From the NCBI GenBank assembly GCA_040954595.2, contig CM082581.2, positions 8,082,059 to 8,146,058 of the forward strand: a stretch of DNA of 64,000 bases, read 5' to 3'. Made by a program: the position numbers and the translations under genes. Positions 54,560 through 64,000 of the stretch are shown here, piece by piece (position 1 is the first letter of the stretch; the number at the start of each line of letters is the position of its first letter). The DNA comes from Balanoglossus misakiensis. Lineage: Eukaryota; Animalia; Hemichordata. The notes below the pieces were generated by a model. It was not told where the DNA came from, did no database searches, and saw only the letters and a list, made by a program, of their open reading frames with translations.

Positions 54560-56155
54560 GTAAGTTGACATTTTATTTTATTTCTCTCTCTCTCTCTCTA
54601 GTCACCCTGAACAGTCTCACCAGAAAATGTATAATCTGACATTACTTTGATGTCCAGGGTGTGGTTAACAAAAAATTCAAATAAACACATTCTCTGTATT
54701 GATAAAAAGAGATATGGATTCATGAAGAAGAAAATTAAAATTAATTTATTTCTCAGTGTTTTTTTTTTTAAAGTAATAACATTAAGGAATGATTTGCCAC
54801 ATTATTACAATAATACAAACTCACCATAACATTCTGGCAATCAGTTTGAAATATCGACGTGTATGGTTACTGAACTATTTGCATCATCATTTTACAACAT
54901 AATCAGATATGCAGATGCTAGCTAACTTTTCCTGGAATCATGTACACTGACATTCCACAATATATGGACAGAGAGAGGTGAAGTCCACTTCCCTCTGCTG
55001 TCCTGGAATTTGAAGTTATTTCTGGAAAGTCTGTTAACATCCTGGAAAAAATGTGATTCACATATAAATGCAGTTGTATAGTGGCAGTTTTTTGTTAACA
55101 AATTATGACACAATTTGTATATCATCAGTCTTGGAAAGTTGCATTTTTTTTATACCGGAAAGCTGTGCAATCCCTGTTCAAGTCCTTGACGTGAGGTTAA
55201 ATTTCAATTAGCATACAATCCATGGTTTTATTATTGACACACCTCTTGCACTGATCTCACCAGCCATGACTTGGAGTGAAATTACAAGTACACACTTTAA
55301 AGCACAGACATGACATGCACTTGTGAGCATTCTCCACCAATAGCAGATTTACAATCCACACAGTGGCACTGTGATTTTTCAGCAGCAGATGAGTGATTCC
55401 ATTGCTAATTCCTGAACCCCACCAACCCCCTCATCACCCCCTCCCCCACCCCAACTTCACTCCCACAGTTCTCCAAAATCTACACTTTCCAAACTTGAAT
55501 ATACCGGTATACTATTATGCATATATATATGTATGTTAAGACAGGTGGATGTGGTTAGCATTGATTTGTAATGTCCTTTGCTGAGAACCAGTTCATTTGC
55601 ATGGCCTTGACTGTTTCGGTTGCTTGCATGGAATCACCAGCGCACTTGCAAAACCATTCCCCATTTTGCCAAACACTTAAGAATAAACTGAGACCACTTT
55701 CAAATACGGAGCAGTTGGCAAAATTTGTTTGACACTACACAAACATTGCCATCATCACACGTCCATACACATGTACATGTACATACATATCCTATTCGTG
55801 AATTACCATTGCTTTGCTGGTGTTCATGTTCAGGTCATTACTGTAGTCTGTTTAAGTCTTTGTGCTCACCAGAAATAAAAAGAATCCATATTGTTTTGCC
55901 AAGTCGTATTTATATACTATGAGCGCTTTATAAATAGTAACTACATGTATACCCAACCCCATTAAAAACCAGAAAAATGCAATCTTTAAATACAGCCATG
56001 ACTTCCTACAAAGACAAAAGAGAAGTGGAATAAAAATATCAACCATACTCACCTTTACCACTTCTTCAACCAGAAAGGGGATCCATTCTATTATTATTTG
56101 ATATTTTATTTTGTCGTTTTTTGAAGTCCTTTTTATTTTTCACCCAATTTTCTAG

Positions 56156-56179
56156 GGTTTCACAGCGCTTGATTTCAGC
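56156..56179 (+). CDS. EXOC6: Candidate 24-nt alternative microexon of EXOC6 (GFTALDFS)
   Basis: Long U-rich tract ending TTTTCTAG, 24 nt open in phase 0, perfect GTAAGT donor. Confidence 0.6.
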
Positions 56180-56702
56180 GTAAGTAAACCAAGATACCCT
56201 GTTCTTGTAGTTTTGCCATGACATGCTCATGTGAGGTCCCTCTTTTAACCATAAAACACAAACTTCTCTCTTTCAGTTATAACCCACTTCTGAACATCAT
56301 TCATGTACTGTACATTGCATGAGTATATAACCTCCATTTCCCATTTCAACAAGGGCTGGACAGATCAGTGGGTCTTTCACTATATGTGGACATTTTTTTC
56401 TAAATGTACAAACAAAAAAAAGTATTCAAAATGTATGTTTCATATAGCATTCAGTGTGCCTATCTTGGTTCGTGAATAGGAACAGAAAAGATTCCGGTTT
56501 ATAGATACAAAGTTCCCTCTAGACCATCTTCAAGCCAAAATCCTACGTGCGTCTTTGGTCAGCATAGTCAAGATTCATTACTGATCTGTTTCACCTTCAT
56601 CATAGGTCATCGTTCAGAGGCAACTCTGATTTGCATGTTGTAGCAATACTTTTCATTTTTATTTCTAATTGGACTGGTGCTAAATGACTTTGATTATTGT
56701 AG

Positions 56703-56759
56703 AGTTTGGGTTCTTACCCCTATTCTTTGAAAAAAGTGGAACAATTCAATTATATCTTG
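56703..56759 (+). CDS. EXOC6: Candidate 57-nt alternative cassette exon of EXOC6 (SLGSYPYSLKKVEQFNYIL)
   Basis: TTGTAG acceptor, stop-free in phase 0, TG|GTAAGG donor. Confidence 0.35.
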
Positions 56760-57904
56760 GTAAGGATCATACCAACCGTGTTGGGAAGGTGGATGGACAC
56801 TTAATATTTTTGTTGTCTTTCTAATATTTTGTTTTATATGGGGACTCTCACAGCATGCTTCTGGCAAACTACATTATCACTAACAATCCAGATTTTCCCC
56901 CCATGTGTCAACCAAATTAACTCATCAAGTGAGGTGGATCATAGACATGCCAGTTATATTAACCTCGTCAAATTAGGAGCATCCTAGATACACCAGTCAA
57001 AAGAATTAGTGTAGGAAGTGCTTTCTGTATGTATAAATTTTGAGAGACTGACAGAGCCAGTCAGATGGACAGATGGATAGATGATGGCCAGACATAATCA
57101 GATATACACTACTCTATCAAATGTCAGTCATCCTGGATCACACTGTCCATCAGAATAATTCACTTTTACATAGTGAGGGTCATATTATGATTTTTACAAC
57201 TGCATGAATCATATGAATCATATCACCCATCTTTAGTGTTGTTCACTGATATGAGAATTTACAACAATGAGAGTGACTGCCACATGGAACTTGATGTGTG
57301 TTCTTCAGCACCTTGTGATGTAGTGGTTAGTGAGTGTGGCATTTGAGTGTCTTTGGATGGGAAGATATACCAGCACACTGTAACATGGGGTACTTCAGTA
57401 TTAGGAAAGTCACACACTTACTGCTACCATGTCCCTAATCTGAGCCCTAAATGGTAGGGGATATACAGGGGGTGGGGAGGGGATGGGGTAACTGTCCTAG
57501 AACCCAAAAGGCTGAATGTACCCAGACAGAGCTGTTGATGGCATGGCTGAGATGTGCTTGTACATTGCTGGTTTTCGTATTAAACTTGGATGTATTTCCC
57601 AGAGCGGTGAATTTGCATCTGATGCATTATATTTTACTGTAGTAGTATGTAGTGATGGCATGGCGGTGCATATTTTTTTTCACAGTCTTGCATTTGATTA
57701 TACATGTTTAATTCAAATCCTAACAAATAATTGTTTTCTTTTTCTTTTTTTTTAGCATAATTACCCTAGCTAACCGGTCACTTCCATATTTTACCCATAG
57801 ATTGACTAACCTGGTTATAGTAAAGAACTATACTAATAGGTGGAAGAGAAGTAAGGTTGCACATGGCATGCTTGTAAGAGAAAATCTGTTATCTTCATTT
57901 TCAG

Positions 57905-58046
57905 GGTAAAGTTGCACAGACTGCGTGTATGTGTGCCTGCAAACATCTGGCTAACTCGTTAATGCAGTTTCTGATCGACCCGGACGTGAAAAGTATCTCC
58001 ATGGGTGCCCTTCAACAGTTTAATTTAGATGTTATTCAGTGTGAGC
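57905..58046 (+). CDS. EXOC6: EXOC6 exon 16
   Basis: GKVAQTACMCACKHLANSLMQFLIDPDVKSISMGALQQFNLDVIQCE. Confidence 0.96.
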
Positions 58047-58189
58047 GTAAGTACATCCATCAGATTCTGAATACGATTTGACTGATAAATTGCTTGGTTT
58101 GTTTGTTTGTCCGTGCAGCTACATCAGTTAAAAATCAATAGACCAACATCTCAGATCACAATTTTTCCACAATTTTTTTTTTCATGCAG

Positions 58190-58376
58190 AATTTGCAAAC
58201 TCAGAGCCCGTACCAGGGTTCCGCGATGGTGCACTACAGATGACGTTTCTAGAACTACGGCAGCTGCTTGACCTCTTCATGACCTGGGATTGGTCCTCCT
58301 ACTTTGCCGACCACGGTCAGCCGAACAGCAAATACCTGAGGGTCAGTCCGCAGCGGGCCCTGACCCTGCTTGAGAA
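58190..58376 (+). CDS. EXOC6: EXOC6 exon 17
   Basis: QFANSEPVPGFRDGALQMTFLELRQLLDLFMTWDWSSYFADHGQPNSKYLRVSPQRALTLLEK. Confidence 0.96.
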
Positions 58377-58512
58377 GTAAGTGTATGTCTGTGCGCGTAT
58401 GTACACCTGGGGAATGGCCAATGAGAGTGCAGAACAATAACTGCAGTGAGTGACATGGCATGAATGATTCTGATACTTTTCTTACCTTTCACTTCCCCTT
58501 CATGTTTTTCAG

Positions 58513-58636
58513 GATGAAAGATGCGGACAAGAAGAAGAATTTACTGTCAACGTTCAAGAAGAATGAGAGGGACAAGAAGAAACTGATGGATACAGTGCAT
58601 AAACAGCTTCGGGCTCTAGCCTACGGTACAAGCTAG
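58513..58636 (+). CDS. EXOC6: EXOC6 exon 18 (last coding exon)
   Basis: MKDADKKKNLLSTFKKNERDKKKLMDTVHKQLRALAYGTS-TAG. Assembled CDS is 801 aa with exon 1b or 814 aa with exon 1a. Confidence 0.95.
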
Positions 58637-60441
58637 GAGCGAAAACAACCTGTCACTGTGGCTTTATAAAAAAATATTATCGAGAACATCAAACAGAAAC
58701 AGCTTCGCGGCATGGCCTTGTGCAAAGAGACTGTTGCAGCAAACTGTTGTGCTGAGATGTTGGAAATCAGTGGCTTCTTGACGCAGCATGCCAGGCGCTA
58801 ACAGCAGAAAAACACTCAAGCTGTACTCTGCGTGTCCATCCTTTGCGATGGCATCGATACAAAGAAGCAAATGCGAATCTTGTCTCATCTGAAGAGACAA
58901 AGTATTTTTTGTTGTTGCTAAAATTGCCCTCCAATTTTTTTTAAAGTCTGGATTTTCAAATGATTCAGTGATTTTTTAAAGGCAGTGAAACCATGCCAAA
59001 AATGAGCTGTCTTTTGGAGCAGTCAGATTTTATCTGTGAGATCTGTTGTCTTGGAGTGTGTCATGTCTCAAACTCAGAGGGAGAGAGTGCAGGAGAGTGA
59101 GTATGTGTGTGTGTCAGTATGTGTGTGTATCTCTGTGTGTCTGTGTACAACCCATACACGTCTTTTACAATGGGCATCTTATGTGTGTGTAAAATCTGCT
59201 TGATGCAGAAATTTCGCAAATCATGAATCTAACATTACTGTATTTGTGAATGCTAATTGTATTAAGGTTATTACTGGTCTTTGTTAATCACTCTGTCAAC
59301 CCAATACACGGCATTCAAAGAAAAATGGTACAAGATTTTACCATGAATCATGTGTAGTCATTGAAATAAGCGGAAGGGAGGATAAGAGAAAAGACCTACG
59401 TTTTGCAATATGGTAGCTTGGCGTAAGAGGAAGGACACCACTCAACATTTATCTGTAGTTGTCAAAACACTTTTTTTGAAATTTACAATGCACTTTGTAG
59501 AGGTAATTTGCAAAATACCCCAAAAGTAAGTTTGACAGATGTATTTTTCATTTTTGGCTGACTATTTTGTCCTTCCCCCGGTGCAAATGTTACTTTTATT
59601 TGCTTCATGTTCATTCCAAGTGTTATTTTCCCCCAGAATATTATTCCTGTCAGTTACTCTGGTTCGATAATCATAAGTTGCTGTTTACATATTATGAGAT
59701 TTTCACTTCAGTGTTCAACAGTAGCGTTTATGCCCCCCTTCAGCAGATGTAAACATGAAGATGAATGAAATGGTGCTGTAGCGATATCAAAGTTATGTGT
59801 ACAACTGATATGATATTTTGTGCAATATTGCTAGTCCTTAGCAGCAAGACAGGCTGAAACTTGCTACCACATGCACCGTCTCCCTCCTTGAATCATATCA
59901 CAAGTTATCTTGTTGCTAAAAATCACAGACCCTCAAGGGTCTACGATAAAAATCAAGTTGAACTTGTGTCATAAAGGAGGTGGTTTTGGGTTTTATTGAT
60001 GGCAGTGCCTGTCACCTGCACACTGTGTGCCCCAGCCAATAGAAGTGCAGCCAAACACAGTATACAATACAGGTCAGTTGACTGCACATTTGACCTAAAT
60101 TCTGCCCTGTTATCCGGTCAGGTAACAACGACCAGAAACCATGATTATGCATTTGTTATGCATATCAGTGCAAAAATAATGCACATCATGTGACTATGAT
60201 TTGGCCAATCACAGCACAGAAAATACACCGAGTGTATTGTTACAATACCAAATTGTTTGTCTGCACAGTGCTACCAGTGTCCGTGATGTGTGAAGGAGAG
60301 GGCACTGCTGATTGTGTCTTCCAGTGTCAAGTTAAATAGACCAAGTATTCAGCCTGTCTTGCAGTAGTCTTAGTCTGAAAAATCTCTGTAAGTGTACATA
60401 GTACTCTTTTTGTATTTCAGCGTATATCTCCTGCCACAATG

Positions 60442-60473
60442 AATAAAAATAATAAGCTTTTGAGTAAAATAAA
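60442..60473 (+). terminator. Candidate EXOC6 polyadenylation signals
   Basis: Two AATAAA (60442, 60468) followed by GT-rich sequence, at the point where CpG depletion ends; implies a ~1.8-kb 3'UTR. Confidence 0.6.
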
Positions 60474-62339
60474 ATTTGGCAGTGTGTGTCAGTTACAATA
60501 TGTGCTTCCTTGGTATTCAAAAATTAAACCCATCGAAAGAAAAATCTGCTGGAAAGGTGTTGCATCCGGAAGTGATGCGTGCTGAACACCTCTGACGAAT
60601 AGTTGTGGCCTAATTAGCATAGCCAAACATAAGCCAATGAACGACGGGGAGAAGCGACGGTCGCTGGAACTTATCCAATCGGATACCATAAATGTGGTTA
60701 CGTCACCCCCTCATTTCGCACTTTTGTATTCAAGCATAATTCCGTCTCGTTTCTGGTCACCAAGTGCACGAATAGTTTATTCTTACGCCAGGCACTAGGC
60801 GTCTCATTTCGTTACAAATAGTCTCGTTAACTGGTACGCTGACAAAGGATGAATTCCGAGCAAGTTCCTCCGTGTGTGGGGCTGAACACCCCTCCATCGA
60901 ATGTTTCTGTCCGACTTTGCGCGTCCAAAAAGCGCCGAACTTTCAGCCAATCGGAAGGCGCGACCGCTCTTGCATCATTTGTTGTTGATGTAGTCGTAGC
61001 AACAATGGAACACTCGAAGTGCTTTTGGTATTCATGTATTCGGATGCTTGACGGAGCTATCGGAACGCCCACTTTTTTCGCCAGAAAAAGTGCTTAAAAG
61101 CTGCTGGAAGTTCTCGGCTGATATCAAGCAATTTTAAAACAGTTATCTACATGTTGATTGTCGGAATATGGCAAACAACTTTACACAAGAAGTGAATTTG
61201 GACAATGTATGTCCACTTTTTGAGCGTAAGTGCCAATAAATGGTGAGATTGTTAGAAGTGAACTATAGAGTAGCTTGGAAGTATTAGGGCGAACGGTGCA
61301 CGTGGTATTTTCAAATTATCCGACCAGAATTAAATTCCAAAGACCCACAAAAAATTAGGCGTAATAGGATCCGCAAAAACACACAATTTCCGCTCAGTCC
61401 GCGTTCAATATAAACATACGTGTGTTACAAGAATAGTATATAGGTCATTAATTTTAGAATAAACTGTAAAATTACCAAGGAGCGTGGAAAGTTATCGAAG
61501 CAGCGTTGGACCTCTAAACAAACTTTTGGCATTCATGTTTCTATAAATGGTGTTGTCATCGACACCGTGACAGACAAAAGACACTAGGAGCGCCATTCAC
61601 CCGTTGTCAAGATTGCCGTTTCTCTTCGTCTGTGCATGCGCACTATACGGATTTCCGGTCGCTGACGTAGACAATGACACGCCCATCGGAAGATCCTATA
61701 TCATGTCACGGTCTCTCCCAGACTGTGATCATGTGTATATTTAATTACACGTGACGTTTATCAATGTTTTACACGCTAGTCGTCACGGTGGTCATGGAGA
61801 CAACTAATTTTTCGTCCGCTCTTTGCTTTTCCGGGAAACTTGCGAAGCGGACTTGATGTGGAACACGTCTCCGCGCAAGACTGATAGATCGACGAAAGGG
61901 ATCCGAGAATGGACTCTCTTAAATTATGTCAAATCTTGGGTCTGTGAAAGCTCCATGGCCAATTATAATAAAATGCAGTATGTGCACAAATATTTCACCA
62001 GGAAGACAGGCCATTATAAAACAAGGTTCCTCAAATATCTCCAAAATGAGTACATAACTTCACAATAACCCGTCAGAATATCGATCATTCATGTCTTAAA
62101 TGGTGTCCATATTTTCAAGTGTAATTTCAAATGATTGCGATTGCGTATGTATACACACGGCACATCTCACAGCACTTACGCATGGTAAATAAATGTAGCT
62201 AGTACGTGTACACAGTAGTTCTCATATGCTAAATTTAGATAATTACAAAACTATGGAAAATGGCCGAAACAGCTTGTTAAATTGGAGAAATGGGCCGTCG
62301 TAAACGAGGTTCCGCCGGAATGCCGCCCCCGACAGCAGC

Positions 62340-62570
62340 TACTGACGTAAATTGCCAACACGCTCTCTTTTCAAAGATATCCTGTGTAAGCCCTAACCGC
62401 CACACACACACGGTACCGGTGTATGCAAAAGTTCCTGTCTATTCGCGGAATTGGCCGAAGTGAGCTCGGCTATTTTCGGCTCAAGTGGGGATTCCCTGCG
62501 CCGGGTCTACCGTAACCATTGAATGTGTTTCGCGTCATCGACCGGACGTTGAGGACACAATATAAAGAGC
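62340..62570 (+). promoter_or_regulatory. Inducible-type promoter: CRE-like, STAT/GAS, NF-kB and TATA
   Basis: TGACGTAA 62343-62350, TTCGCGGAA 62442-62450, GGGGATTCCC 62487-62496, TATAAA 62561-62566; also TTCCGGGAA at 61829-61837. Confidence 0.65.
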
Positions 62571-62686
62571 GCTTGTTCACTGGTGAAAGTAACAGAATTA
62601 CTAGCAAGCAAGCAAGAACGATCGAACACATCGCAATAGTCCTGCAACCAGAAAACTTCTTCACGACAACTTACCCACGAGAAAAA

Positions 62687-62726
62687 ATGACAACTTCAAG
62701 GAAAATCTACAATTTTGCTGAAATCG
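62687..62726 (+). CDS. Secreted cytokine-like protein, exon 1 (start of signal peptide)
   Basis: aaaATG MTTSRKIYNFAEI+G; donor G|GTTAGT phase 1, ~120 nt downstream of TATA. Confidence 0.7.
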
Positions 62727-62860
62727 GTTAGTTGCAAATAATGTCTGATTATAATCAACTTTGCTCTCAATTTTTTCCCTCTTCGTCGTGGAAATTCTGG
62801 TTTGCACTATTTCTTATTATTTTCCAGCCTAACGATAACATAATCTTTCTTCTCCAACAG

Positions 62861-63012
62861 CGGTTGCAGTGGCCTTAATGTTGGCAACGTTTATCAATGG
62901 AGCACCAACTGTTGCCGCCCCAAGTGAAGACACGGTGGCAGATTCCTACACAACTTTGTACCAGAAGACAGTCGCTTTCTATTCGGAACATCAAGAAATC
63001 TACAAAAAATTT
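62861..63012 (+). CDS. Secreted cytokine-like protein, exon 2 (signal peptide + helix A)
   Basis: Branch point CCTAAC and TCTTTCTTCTCCAACAG acceptor; AVAVALMLATFINGAPTVAAPSEDTVADSYTTLYQKTVAFYSEHQEIYKKF; GTAAGT donor phase 0. Confidence 0.85.
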
Positions 63013-63905
63013 GTAAGTATAGTGATCTCATCACTCAGCCGATTACATAATGTGGTTTTAAAAATAGCTGATTTTTTCATTACCGCATAATTAATTGTTG
63101 GATCCGGGAAATACGGGCTGGATTTAGGCTTATAGGTTCTCTTGTATTTATGTTTCAATGTAGTATTTTATTCCACTCTGGACCCGCTCTGATTCAACAA
63201 CATGTGTGTATGTCTGCACAGTTGAGAAACTGGATCACGCGACCGTGTAATGAGGCCACGGACCACGTTGACTGACCCAAATCATAATATTATCCGAGTA
63301 CACAACATGTGGTTGTCCGCTCCCGCGGCTATTCCACTCAGTAGCAGGTTAAAGGCCAAACAAGCGAGACTATTAAATACGCGCGCTGAAGCCAACTTCG
63401 CTTATATTATGAAACACTGTACAGTTTGCATTTACTTGTACATGTATTCATGTTACGGAGATCTGTTGGTGAAGCCGGAAAAAACTTCAAAGGTGTTTGA
63501 TTTTTTCACTTAAAAGAAGCTCCAAATAATGTCACATTTTACACTGAGGGTCCATGAGTTGTTGCGCACTTTACGGAAATCCAGACGTGCAAACTTAAAC
63601 ATTGGGCTTGTTCTGTGGTGTGAAGTCAAGGAGGAAGTCAATTTAGTATTTACTCGCTGTCAGTGGTCGCGAGGAGACACGCCCAGGCACTTTGATACCC
63701 CGTGAGGCCTTGTAGATACACATACGTTCGAATGTTCGGTTGATTTGTCATCAATTTGCCATTTGTGAAAAAGTACACCCGCACGAAACCCAAAAGTGCG
63801 TGGTGATGACGCGATAGTCAACCGCCTTTACAATGAGGAAATCACAGAGCTATTTTTAGCCCAGACTAATACTTAAATTGTCTCCTCCTTTTTTGGTGTT
63901 TACAG

Positions 63906-64000
63906 AAAAGCATCCGCCTTGACAACGAAGACATCATGGACGATATCCACAGTTTCAATTTCGAAGGTTTGCCAACTCCAGTCTCAAGATTCTTGGCATT
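63906..64000 (+). CDS. Secreted cytokine-like protein, exon 3 (partial, runs off window)
   Basis: Pyrimidine tract plus TTTACAG acceptor; in-frame KSIRLDNEDIMDDIHSFNFEGLPTPVSRFLA.. Confidence 0.75.

Overview
Eukaryotic (metazoan, probably invertebrate deuterostome such as a hemichordate or echinoderm; inferred) genomic DNA with GT-AG spliceosomal genes. About 33 kb of gene-free, CpG-rich, motif-dense non-coding DNA lies downstream of a two-exon Msx homeobox gene (minus strand, 34695-33157, 344 aa). Msx is head-to-head, 13 kb apart, with a complete 18-exon exocyst Sec15/EXOC6 gene (plus strand, about 47893-58636). The EXOC6 gene has two tandem alternative first coding exons and several candidate frame-preserving mini/micro-exons in its one long intron. 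The window ends in the first three exons of a gene for a small secreted protein not recognisable in the ORF track. Its signal peptide, amphipathic helix A, intron phases and positions, and NF-kB/STAT/CRE/TATA promoter match the gp130/IL-6 family (LIF/CNTF/IL-11-like) long-chain helical cytokines; this is the most interesting candidate here. Msx is also flanked by duplicated non-coding blocks (5.7-7.5 kb vs 43.6-45.3 kb) with conserved Pbx-Hox/Meis/GATA cores. All identifications are by eye and from memory of the families; no database search was run.
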